Origin: Malacoraja senta
Taxonomy: Eukaryota
DNA length: 64,000 nt
Assembly: GCA_038087875.1 (NCBI GenBank)
Contig: CM075992.1
Coordinates: 7,316,001 to 7,380,000, forward strand
Direction: 5' to 3'
Made by a program: the position numbers and the translations under genes. This document shows positions 52,701 to 61,758 of this stretch, piece by piece. How positions within the stretch are numbered: position 1 is the stretch's first letter; each line of letters starts with the position of its first letter. Under the pieces are notes generated by a model. It saw only the letters and a list, made by a program, of their open reading frames with translations. It searched no databases and was not told where the DNA came from.

Positions 52701-55700
52701 ATGTCGGGGCGGCCCAGCCTGAGGCTGAAGACGGCACGGTACTCACGTGAGGGTGGCTGGGACGGTGTTCTGGCGGTGGTGGCCTGAGTCCGGGGTTCGG
52801 CCGCGGGCCAGCGGCTGCGTCTGCAGGACTGGTGGGCGGCAGCTTCGACCACCCCGGGCCGCGGTGTTTGAGCCGCGGGAAACATCGCCCGGGGGGTGTC
52901 GCCTCAGCGCAGAGGGAGAAGAGGAGGGAAGAGACTGCAGACCTAAGACTTTTGCCTCCATCACAGTGAGGAGATGTTCGGTGGACTCACTGTGGTGGAT
53001 GTTAATATGTGTTTATTGTTGTTTTATGTATGACTTGCAATTTCGCAATTTCGTTCAGACTTCGGTCTGAATGACAATAAAGGCTAACTGATCTATCTGA
53101 TTTAGAACGGAGACGAGGAAACACTTTTTCTCACAGTTGTGAGTCTGTGGAATTCTCTGCCTCAGAGGGCGGTGGAGGCAGGTTCTCTGGATGCTTTCAA
53201 GAGAGAGCTGTGTAGGGTTCTTAAAGATAGCGGAGTCAGGGGATATGGGGAGAAGGCAGGAACAGGGTACTGATTGGGGATGATCAGCCATGATCACATT
53301 GAATGGCGGTGCTGGCTCGAAGGGCCGAATGGACTATTGTCTATTGTTTATCTTGAATGGGACAGGGGGAAAGATATGGGTGACGAGAGAGCTGCCCTGT
53401 GGAGAGCCTGAGTAAACACGATGGGCCGAATGGACCTTCTTCGGTGGTGTGACCATTCCACGATTCTGTCAACTGCCCATCGATTTCTGAGCAGTGCTAA
53501 TTTCACACTGAATTATTACACAAAGTGCACTGATTTTTTTCTTTATTTCAGTTGCAGAGAACTTCAGCAAAGTAGAGATGTCGCACGAAGAACTAAAGAG
53601 AGAAATTTCACAAGTGAAGATTCAAAGTAGGTTGTCAGCAATATCTTAATATTGGATCAGAGCTACAATATGAATGCGTTGGATCAGAGATATGATATGA
53701 TAGCATCGGGACATTATATCAGCAGATCAGAGGTACAATCTGATGGCATCAATGATACGATCTCACAGTGTCTGAGATGCAATCCACTGGCATCGATTGA
53801 CCTGCCAACCGGAAATCAACCGGAAATCAGAACACCCTGGGCAAACCCACGCAGTCACAGGGCGGACATGCAAACTCCACACAGACAGCATCCGGGATCA
53901 AGGATGAACCCAGGTCTCTGGAGCTGTGATAGACACAAAGTGTTGGTGTAACTCAATGAGTGAGGCAGCATCTCTGCTCGCTATAACGCCTGCTGCGTCA
54001 AAGGGTGCGAAACCGTGAAATAATGGGGCATGAAATGCAGTTGCTGGGGGATGTGCGATGGGAATGAAGGCCTTAATTTTCTAATTTCCTCTTAGTTCCA
54101 CAGCACCTTCGTGACATACGGACCTCCCAGACTGAGCTCAGAATGGACCAGTCTCAAATGAAGAGCCACTGTGAGTGTTGAACCCCCGTAAGAGATTCGG
54201 TGATCTTATCCTCGTGCTTTGTGGCCCCTCGCTCTGTGCGAAATTTACAGACACAGTTCAGTGTGGATTGTGACCCCTGCCCAGTGATCTATCTCCACCC
54301 TCATTTTGGTTACAATTGACAATAGACAATAGACAATATTGTCTTTGGAGGGTTCCCTCCATTACAATGGAGGGTTCCCTCCGGATGCAAGTCAAAAACA
54401 GGGACAAGAAGGGCGGCAAGGTGGTGCAGTGGTAGAGTTGCTGCCTTACAGCGCCAGAGACCCGGTTCGATTCTGACAACGGGTGCTATCAATACGGAGT
54501 TTGTAATTTCTCCCCGTGACCGCGTGGGTTTTTCCCGGGTACTCTGGTTCCCTCCCATTCTCCAAAGACGTACAGGTTTGTTGGCTTCGGTAAAGATTAT
54601 ATATTGTCCCCAATGTGTAGGATAGTGCCAGTGTATGGGGCTCTCTGGTCAGTGCGGACCCGGTGGGCCGAAGGGCCTGTTTCCATGCTGTATCTCTAAA
54701 CTAAATTAAACTAAACATGAAGTTGCACTGGTTGTTGGTGGATGTTGAGTGTGGGGAGAGAGAAGGAAAGGAGGGGCATTGACAAGTGAAGAAATGCATT
54801 GCCTGACATTGAAGCCCCCATTGTATGTAGAAAGGTGCTGCATAAAGGGGTGAATGGGCAGCAGACAAGAGAACATGTAGCAAAGTGGCGGAATAACTCA
54901 ACGGAGAACATGGATAGGTGACGTTTCGGGTTGAGACATTGGAATCAATTGAGAGTGGGATGAGGAAGAGGACAAGGTGAGGGTGATGCATGGCTGTGGG
55001 GAAACTGGGCGGTGTACTGGGTGTTTCATTAGTTTAATTTATTGTCATGTGTACCAAAGTATAGTGAAAATCTTTTTGTTGCATGCTACCCAGTCAGCGC
55101 AAAGATTATATATGATTACAATCAAGCAGTCCACAGTGTGTAGATATGTGATAAACAGAATTATTGCAAGATAAAGTCAGAAGAAGTACAATTAAAGATG
55201 TTTTCTTCTGTTGCAGCTGATCCCCAGGAGAGGTCCTCTGTCTCTTTCCAAGCGTGAGATTTTTAGTCTAGTTTTAGAGATACAGCACGTAAACAGGCCC
55301 ACCGAGTCCACGCCAACCAGCGATCCCCGCACATTAACACTATCCTACACCCACTAGGGACAATTTACACATACACCACGCCAAGTTACCCACAAACCTG
55401 TACGTCTTGGCAGTGTGGGAGGAAAGCGAAGATCTGGGAGGAAACCCAGGCAGGTCAAGGGGAGAACGACAAACTCCATACAGACAGCACCCGTCGTCGG
55501 GATCGAACCTGGGTCTCCGTCGCTGCAAGCGATGTAAGGCAGCAACTTTACCGCTGCGCCACCGTGCCACCAAGGGGTGTTCTGAAAGATGTTCGGAAAG
55601 AGATTGGGCAGGAGTTGGAGGACCTCAGGTCGCCTCATGGAGTGGGCTGAGGTTCAGCGGAGAGAAGCACCAACCTGCTGGTGCTTCTTCCTCAGTTTAA

Positions 55701-58700
55701 TATTTCTATTCATTTGACAATAGTCTTATCACTAAAACAATTTTTTTTCAATTATTGACAACAACTTTCAACATTGTTAAAACTGATTCGGGTGCAAGGT
55801 CCTGTTGGGATAGTGCCTGAGATCTGCTCGCCCAGGGTCTGATGGTGGGTCCTAGGATCGCTCAGCTCAGTCAGCTCTCTGTACATGGCACAGTGGAGGC
55901 AGGGGGACGGAGATCAGAGCAACATCGGGGCAGAGTCAGGACAGAAGGCTGAACCCGGCTCGGCTTGACTTATTACTCCCAGCCTGCTCTCCCACTGAAC
56001 CCAAACATGTACTGACCCCAAACACCTGCTGACCCCAAACACCTGCCGACCCCAAACACCTGCCGACCCCAAACACCTGCCAACCCCAAACACCTGCTGA
56101 CCCCAAACACCTGCTGACCCCAAACACCTGCTGACCCTAAACACCTGCTGACCCCAAACACCTGCTGACCCCAAACACCTGCTGACCCCAAACACCTGCT
56201 GACCCCAAACACCTGCTGACCCCAAAGATCTATTGAACCCAAAGAACTACTGACCCCAAACACCTGCTGACCCCAAACACCTAAGATAGACACAAAAGCT
56301 GGAGTAACTCAGCAGGTCAGGCAGCGTCGCTGGAAATAAAAGGAATAGGAGACGTTTCGGGTGGAGACCCTTCATCATCATCTCCAGCTTTTTATGTCTA
56401 TCTTCGGTGTAAACTAGCATCTGCAGTTCTTTCCTACACTAACCCAAACACTTACTGGACCCAATCACTGACAGTAGGATCATTGATGGTAACCCATTGG
56501 TAACTCTGATCACAAATTACTATTGTAAATATGTTCTCTTCCCGCAATCACTTTGAAAACTTTGCTTCTCTTTCAGTTTCTCAGATCTTCAATGAGATGA
56601 GGCACTCGCAGGCTGGTTTCAACATGGAACTTTCGCAGATGAACAGCAACAGTAAGCACTACAAGCTTGTCAAATACTCCTTTGTATCCTCAACTCAAGC
56701 AGCTCTTTGTGTTTTTTCGGAAGCCCCTGGTGCCTTTCCAATATCTGCCGTGGACAATCCTGTCCTTGCTCGAACAATCCTCGCTCTGTCTGACGGGCTC
56801 CTCATGACACCATCTCATGCGCCAACGCATTCCTTCCTGTGTTTCAACTTCACCTTCCTCAGTTAACGGCCGTTCGTGTCCACTGTTGATGCCAGCTATT
56901 TATGACTGCATGAGTTCTCCCACTCTTTTTCAACTTTGCGCACGCCCACGCGATGTCTATGGCCTCAGATCAAAGCGGAAATTGCAGAGGTGTTGCTGCT
57001 GACCTCTTGTTATGCCCTGAACAAGCCCATCAGTAGCCAGTGCCTTCCTCATCTGCCCAGTCACTGCTGAACTCCAATTGAATCTAAGTCAGTGAGTTCC
57101 CACAGTTACGAACAGGACTTTTGATCGGTACAAAGTGTTGGAATAATGTTTGTATGTTTGGGTTAGTTTAATTTAGTTTAGTTTAGTTTAGTTTAGTTTA
57201 ATTTGAACCCTGGTCTCTGGCGCTGTAAGGCAGCAACTCTACCGCTATGCCCCTGTGCTGCCCTTTGTTAATTTAGCCCTTTGTAAGTTTAGTTTAATTT
57301 AGTTTAGTTAAGTTTATTTTAGTTAGTTTAGTATAGTTTTATTCAGTTCGAACCCTCGTCTCTTGCGCTGTAAGGCAGCAACTCTACCGCTATGCCATGG
57401 TGCCGCCCTTTGTTGGTTCAGTTTAGTTCAGTTTAGATTGCACTTGGGTCACTGCCGCTGTAAGACAGCAATTGTACTGCTGGGTCACTGTGTCGCCCCT
57501 TGTTAGTTTAGTTTAGTTTAGTTTAGCTTAGTTTAGGTTTAATTTCGTTTTGGGATATAGCGTGGAAACAGGCCCTGAGACCCAGGGTGCAAAGATCCAC
57601 AGGAATGTTGCCTAGATTAGAAGGCTTGAGTTATAAAGAGAGACTGAATAATATGCTGTGACTGCTTTCACTGGAGTGAAGGAGAATGAGGGGTGATCTT
57701 ACGGTGATTTATAAAATTATGAGGGGCATTGCTATGAAAGATAGTCATAGTCTGTCCTAAACCAGAGGGCATACGTTTAAGCTGAGAGAGGAAATATTTA
57801 AAAGGGATCTGAGGGGCAGGTTTTTCACACAGAGGATAGCGTGTGCAGGATGTATGGAGTTTGTACATTCTCCCCGTGACCTGCGTGGGTTTTCTCTGAG
57901 ATCTTTGGTTTCCTCCCACACTCCAAAGATGTACTGGTTTGTAGGTTAATTGGCTGGGTAAATGTAAAAAATTGTCCCTAGTGGGTGTGGGATAGTGTTA
58001 ATATGCGGGGATCGCTGGTCGGTGCGGACCCGGTGGGCCGAAGGGCCTGTTTCCGCGCTGTATCTCTGAACTAAAAAAAAGTGGGCATTTGGAATAAGCT
58101 GTCAAAGGAGATTGCAGACTCGGGTATAATTGCAACATTTAAAAGATATTTGGATATGTGCATGGATGAAAGGTTTAGCAGGACATGGGCCAAATGCAGG
58201 GAAATGTAACTAGTGTAGAAAGGCATCTTGATCAGTGTGGACGAGTTGGGCTGAAGGCTTGTTTCCATGCTGTCTGCTTCTCAGAATCCATTTTCACGGG
58301 CAGTATTCCATTAACCTTCCAACAAATGTTTAATTAACTTTTTCTTTAAATGTTACACAGTAAACTAATAATGTTTCCAGTAAACCCAATAACTTTAAAG
58401 GCAGTAGTTTAGTTTAGTGTAGTTTATAGATACAACACGGAAACAGGCCCCATCAGTCAACCGAGTCCGCACCGACCAGCGATCCCCGCACACTAACACT
58501 ATCCTACACACTCAAGATACAATTTACATTTATACCAAGCCAATTAACCTACAAACCTGTACGTCTTTGGAGAGTGGGAAGAAACTCGGAGAAAACCCAC
58601 GCAGGTCACGGGGGAGAACGTACAGACAAGCACCCGTAGTCAGGATTGAACCCGGGTCTCTGACACTGTAAGTCAGTAGCTCTACCGCCACCGTGCCACC

Positions 58701-60818
58701 CAAGTACGGGAAACAGAACCAGGTTATGTTCAAGGAAGCAGAGCTACCAACCCAGGCGATTTAAAAAAAGTGAAGGAACCAGGGCCTTGGTGAGTGGAAG
58801 GAGGTGGGAAACTGGAGCTCGTCAAGTTGGATGGGAGTACAGAGAACAGAAGCTGGTGAGGCAGGTGTTGAAATGGAATGGATTATTGGAGTTTTACGCT
58901 AGTTGAGACACAAAATGCTGGTGTGACTCAGTGTCTGGAGAAAAGAGCCCCATATCTGAGGAAGGATGTGCTGGCGCTGGAGAAGGTCCAGAGGAGGTTT
59001 ACGAGAATGTTCCCAGGAATGAGTGGATTAACATATGATGAGCGTTTGACGGCACTGGGCCTGTACTCGCTGGAGTTTAGGATGACTCATTAGGGGACCT
59101 CATTGAAACTTACCAAATAGTAAAAGACCTGGATGCAGTGGATGTGGAGATGATGTTTCCACTAGAGGAAGAGTCTAGGACCAGAGGTCATAGCCTCAGA
59201 TCGTAGGACGTTCATTTGGGAAAGCGATGAGGAGGAATTTATTTCGTCAGACGGTGGTGAATCTGTGGAATTCATTGCCACAGAAGGCTGTGGAGGGCAG
59301 GTCAATAGATATTTTTAAGGCATAGATAGATAGATTCTTAATTAGTACAAGTGTCAGGGATTATGGGGAGAAGGCAGGAGAATGGGGTCAGGAGGGAAAC
59401 ATAGATCAGCCATGGTTGAATGGTGGAGTAGACTTGATGGGCTGAATGGCCTAATTCTGTTCCTATGAAAGCATGAAAAGGAATAGGTGACGTTTTGGGC
59501 CGAGACCCTTCTTCAGACTCTAGTTTGTTGTGGACGACTGCATATGACAATAATTCTGACAGTGGCTTGGTGCATGGATAGCAACAGCAAAAACACAGCT
59601 GTGGTGAAGCTTCCTTTTTGGTGACCGCAAGGAGGAGGAAGTGAGGGTGACCTCAGAACCAAACTCTCCACAGATGAGTCAAGTGCATCGAAGATATCTT
59701 CCTGTTGCCAGGCACTGTAATAGCGATACTCAAGATATATGTGCAGCAAGGAACTGCAGATGCTGGTTTATACCAAAGATAGGCACAAAGTGCTGGAGGA
59801 ACTCATTGTGTCAGTCAGTATTTCTGGAGATAAAGAATGTTTCGGGTCGGACTCCTTCAGTCTGTGGGCATGGTGATTTGAACATGTCTAAATTTGGAGA
59901 TGAAGTTTGTCCTCCAAGACATTTAAGGATAGCATAGCACATTGGTGCAGCTGGTAGATCTATTGACTCACAGTGCCAGAGTCCCAAGTTCGATCCTGAC
60001 CTCAGGTGCTATCTGTTACCTGTTTGCATCTTCGCCTTGTGACCTTACGTGTTTGATCCAGGCGCTCCGGTTTCCCCCCCACAACCCAAAGACACGAGGG
60101 TTTGTCGGTTAATTCTTTACATTACACCTAGTGTCTGGGGAGTCCTTGAGAAAGTGGGATAATATAGAACTAGTACGAACGGGTGATCAATATTCTGTGC
60201 GGGTTCTATGGGCCGAGGGGTCTGTTTCCATGCTATATCTTGCAATCGATCAAAGGCGACCCGAAACGTTACCCAATCCTTCTCTCCAGAGATGCCGCCT
60301 GTCCCGCAGATACAGTGAGTTACTCCAGCATTTTGTGTCTATCTTCGATACATTGACTGAGCTTGATCACCCCTACAAGGTCATTGAATTTCTGGTGCCT
60401 TTGGAGATAAGACCATGGCATTGACCTTAGGTCTATCTGCCCACCACCTACAGATGTTGTGAATTTTCCCTGTATTTCCTCCACTTCCTCCATTGACTTC
60501 TACTCTGTCTTATTCAGTTCCCCTCAGCATCCTCTTTCCTCCTGAAAGAACCCTACGTTCTTTACAATCACTAACTTCTCACCCTCCCCCACAATTTCTG
60601 CCCCATCCTCACAGCACCGCAGAACTTTTTCTATGGCAACCAGAGCTGTAAATAGTAAAGAATACTCAAACACCGGATGAGTTATTTCCCTAATTTGCGC
60701 CTCTAATGCCAGTGCTTTCACGACTTGTTTTCTGCTTTGCTTTCAGTGACTGGTTTCTCGGAAGAGATGAGGACCTCACTTTCTGGGTTCCGGGCTGACC
60801 TCACCCAGTTGAAGAACA
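27230..60818 (+). CDS. Gene 3: type II membrane protein with at least 16 exon-encoded coiled-coil neck repeats, probable CD209/CD23-like C-type lectin (3' end beyond window)
   Basis: 18 GT-AG exons forming one open frame: tail, TM, 16 neck exons. Tail and neck exons are homologous in size and pattern to those of adjacent lectin gene 2. Lectin identity is inferred since no CTLD exon is in the window. Confidence 0.88.
28440..28900 (-). mobile_element. Rex1/Babar-like non-LTR retrotransposon 3' fragment
   Basis: KAHQRLYLLRR...ESVLTGCIVAWFGN and IIKDPHHPGHALISPLPSGRRYRSL...SYFPTAIRLLN. Confidence 0.85.
29059..29166 (+). CDS. Gene 3 transmembrane (signal-anchor) exon (108 nt)
   Basis: GRRSEPARGCRQPFVIFLLGLSILLSAGILVAGVFL; basic residues before a hydrophobic run (type II topology); cactttgcag / gtaagt. 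Confidence 0.92.
29227..29496. repeat. Hexamer-based minisatellite (GGAGCT/GGAGAT/AGAGCT/GGTGAT)
   Basis: Direct inspection; starts 60 bp after the TM exon donor. Confidence 0.95.
31454..31516 (+). CDS. Gene 3 neck exon N1 (63 nt)
   Basis: FTQMFSEIRNAQVELSQLKNN; ttccatttcag / gtaagt. Confidence 0.92.
33150..33464 (+). mobile_element. HE1/V-SINE-like SINE
   Basis: gggcagcacggtggtgcagtggtagag...ggttcgatcc...ctctaaactaagc. Confidence 0.9.
34278..34352 (+). CDS. Gene 3 neck exon N2 (75 nt)
   Basis: ILQMFTEIRSSNSNFVLERSQIKDK; gttccag / gtaagt. Confidence 0.92.
35520..35594 (+). CDS. Gene 3 neck exon N3 (75 nt)
   Basis: VLQMFGEISTSQAGFTIELSKLQST; ttatttcag / gtaagt. Confidence 0.92.
36603..36677 (+). 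CDS. Gene 3 neck exon N4 (75 nt)
   Basis: IVQRFGEKRRSQDDDKMEVSEIRDV; ttccatttcag / gtgagt. Confidence 0.9.
38391..38681 (+). mobile_element. HE1/V-SINE-like SINE
   Basis: Full head, core, tail. Confidence 0.9.
38789..38857 (+). CDS. Gene 3 neck exon N5 (69 nt)
   Basis: ATQRFSQITTSQADIKTILSQLN; cttcttctcag / gtaagg. Confidence 0.9.
39730..40470 (-). mobile_element. pol: Endogenous retrovirus pol (RT) fragment, class I (gamma/epsilon-like), degenerate
   Basis: LFPAPKPG..EWRLVQDLRAIN, LHLDSQYLFAFTYEGRQYTW..L.QG..HSPTIF, YVDN (for YVDD), MRAFLGLVNFSRQWIPN. Confidence 0.88.
40482..40940 (-). mobile_element. Penelope-like element 3' end (GIY-YIG endonuclease C-terminus plus terminal repeat)
   Basis: Minus strand 40791-40920 reads LSVLGLLHCQSEASRKLEEQYLIFCLGTLQPNGMNIDFSNFK*, followed by the ctgaagaagggtctcgaccc repeat found throughout the window. 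Confidence 0.82.
40991..41065 (+). CDS. Gene 3 neck exon N6 (75 nt)
   Basis: VTQMFTEIRNSQGVVKMELSQLKTN; ggtttcag / gtgagt. Confidence 0.93.
41142..41448 (-). mobile_element. HE1/V-SINE-like SINE
   Basis: Reverse complement of family consensus. Confidence 0.88.
41659..41918 (-). mobile_element. Gypsy-type LTR (203 bp, 41716-41918) with tRNA-Leu primer-binding sequence and extra 14-bp LTR end; 5-bp TSD
   Basis: TGTA...TACA termini; minus-strand AATAAA at 41755-41760; TGGTGTCAGAAGTGGGATTCGAACCCA directly after the LTR; GATAT at 41654-41658 and 41919-41923. Confidence 0.85.
42021..42376 (+). mobile_element. HE1/V-SINE-like SINE
   Basis: Full head, core, tail. Confidence 0.88.
43265..43339 (+). 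CDS. Gene 3 neck exon N7 (75 nt)
   Basis: LTQKLNDVRNSQVDLKLGMTLMKMN; ctttatttcag / gtgagt. Confidence 0.92.
43845..44150. mobile_element. MITE with ~54-bp terminal inverted repeats, PIF/Harbinger-like; related one-ended copy at ~1906-2210
   Basis: tgtcccaccctcccgagttactcgcg...cttgattca versus tgaatcaag...gagtaactcgggaaagtgggaca; flanked by TAA/TTA. Confidence 0.75.
44315..44389 (+). CDS. Gene 3 neck exon N8 (75 nt)
   Basis: VTQLMPGLRWLQANMNLELSQMKNT; cccttccag / gtaagt. Confidence 0.92.
44465..44872 (-). mobile_element. CR1-like LINE 3' fragment
   Basis: Reverse complement of CR1 ORF2 end and 3' UTR (ctcatccttctaaactccagc; gaattaggccattcggccc). Confidence 0.85.
45661..45735 (+). CDS. Gene 3 neck exon N9 (75 nt)
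   Basis: ITQMFSEISSSHADLKIELSQMKYN; ctcctttcag / gtacgt. Confidence 0.93.
46261..46335 (+). CDS. Gene 3 neck exon N10 (75 nt)
   Basis: IAQMFTEIRNSQSDFKIEFSPLQHK; ttgattccag / gtgagt. Confidence 0.93.
46813..48033 (+). mobile_element. Putative non-autonomous Helitron-like element in a (TA)n tract, with internal duplication and minisatellites
   Basis: 5' TCTATATTACTAAAAG; ~46835-47143 repeated at ~47290-47632; ~39-bp and 48-bp tandem units; CTAG near the 3' end but no clear terminal hairpin. Confidence 0.55.
49542..49616 (+). CDS. Gene 3 neck exon N11 (75 nt)
   Basis: ITQKLKEIGDSQAGCWTELSQMKNG; ttttgtttcag / gtgagt. Confidence 0.92.
49935..50093. repeat. (TTTAG)n microsatellite, SINE-tail type
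   Basis: Direct inspection. Confidence 0.9.
50093..50375 (-). mobile_element. CR1-like LINE 3' end
   Basis: MRKNFFTQRVVNLWNSLPQ, near identical to 7810-8090. Confidence 0.9.
51634..51708 (+). CDS. Gene 3 neck exon N12 (75 nt)
   Basis: IVQKINELRNSQPDLKGAISHLETE; ctcccttgcag / gtgagt. Confidence 0.92.
52250..53085 (+). repeat. Unclassified GC/CpG-rich interspersed element with internal ~39-bp tandem units
   Basis: gcccaagtcggggc(a/g)gcccggcccg about 4 times at 52577-52717; ends gaatgacaataaagg. Confidence 0.55.
53552..53626 (+). CDS. Gene 3 neck exon N13 (75 nt)
   Basis: IAENFSKVEMSHEELKREISQVKIQ; ctttatttcag / gtaggt. Confidence 0.9.
54096..54170 (+). CDS. Gene 3 neck exon N14 (75 nt)
   Basis: IPQHLRDIRTSQTELRMDQSQMKSH; tttcctcttag / gtgagt. 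Confidence 0.9.
54411..54715 (+). mobile_element. HE1/V-SINE-like SINE
   Basis: Full head, core, tail. Confidence 0.9.
55263..55570 (-). mobile_element. HE1/V-SINE-like SINE
   Basis: Reverse complement of family consensus. Confidence 0.88.
55995..56282. repeat. 17-bp minisatellite (GACCCCAAACACCTGCT), about 17 units
   Basis: Direct inspection. Confidence 0.95.
56577..56651 (+). CDS. Gene 3 neck exon N15 (75 nt)
   Basis: FSQIFNEMRHSQAGFNMELSQMNSN; ctctttcag / gtaagc. Confidence 0.93.
58407..58701 (-). mobile_element. HE1/V-SINE-like SINE
   Basis: Reverse complement of family consensus. Confidence 0.88.
58945..59468 (+). mobile_element. CR1-like LINE 3' fragment
   Basis: PYLRKDVLALEKVQRRFTRMFPG...LGLYSLEFR plus 3' UTR. 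Confidence 0.9.
60747..60818 (+). CDS. Gene 3 neck exon N16 (72 nt)
   Basis: MTGFSEEMRTSLSGFRADLTQLKN; ttgctttcag / gtgagt. Confidence 0.9.
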
Positions 60819-61134
60819 GTGAGTGTTAACAGTCTCAGAAATCTCTGTGTCCCAAACTCCAGCAGAGCCTGGTCTTAACCTGGGGCAGTCATTGTTGGTG
60901 CTAAGCAAGCTGCTGCAGTAGTGGAAGAGATCAGGGGGAAGGAGGCATGGAAGTATACACATTGTAGGAGCAAAATGGAAAGGCCACGTGGAGTTGGTGT
61001 TTGAAGTAACGGGCGATTTATTAAACCTAGTGAGCACCAGGAGACCAGTCAAAGCTGATCTCCCAAGTGTGACTTTGGTACAGTTTTAATATTCTCAGAT
61101 GACAAAATCACTCCGACATTTGATGGTAAAATTA

Positions 61135-61426
61135 GGTCTTAATTACAGAAGGTAGACAAAAATGCTGGAGAGACTCAGCGGGTGAGGCATCATCTATGGA
61201 ACGAAGGAAATAGGCAACGTTTCGGATCGAGACCCTTCTTCAGACTGAATTACAGAAACTTGACTGACAATAAAACAAGCTCTGGCAGAGAAACTTTGAT
61301 TAAAAGAAAAAAACGAGGTCTTAATTATAGAAACTTGACTGACAATAATACAAGCTCTGGCAGAGAAACTTTGATTAAAAGTAAAACGAGGTCTTAATTA
61401 TAGAAACTTGACTAACAATAAAACAA
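61135..61426. repeat. 73-75-bp tandem repeat (about 2.5 units) interrupted by a Penelope-derived insert with 10-bp duplication
   Basis: ggtcttaatta(c/t)agaaacttgactgacaataa units; AATTACAGAA at 61141-61150 and 61248-61257. Confidence 0.85.
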
Positions 61427-61758
61427 TGTCTTGCACAGAATGGAACCCAGAAAGATTCAATTTGGTGACAACCTGAAAGAGATGGTCATTTAGGTGACCA
61501 CCTGAAAGAGATATCCACAAGTCTAACTTTGTTAACAGTAGATCCAATCTCTGTTACAATAATGGGTGTACACTATAACATAATTAATGAACTTTGTGAA
61601 ACTTGGGTGTCGTCACTGCAGCATTCCATGTCTTGACTTTAAGGCTTTGTCTGCGGTTCCCTGTCCCCACATTAGCACAATCCACATCCACATTTACTAG
61701 TCATTAGCCCTCACTATTCTCTACCCTACAACACATACAACACTACTTCACCCTACAA

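Noticed and set aside
55217-55253. Possible extra neck exon (ttgcag...gtgaga)
   Set aside because: 37 nt, frame-shifting, no similarity to the repeat consensus.
55914-56293. Repetitive minus-strand ORFs (GVSRCLGSAGVWGQQVF)n
   Set aside because: Artefact of a stop-free 17-bp minisatellite read in rotating frames.
31454-60818. Dispersed 75-nt repeats as a CRISPR-like array, V(D)J-like segments or a TE family
   Set aside because: They are bounded by splice sites, conserved at protein rather than DNA level, irregularly spaced, and I saw no recombination signal sequences or TSDs.
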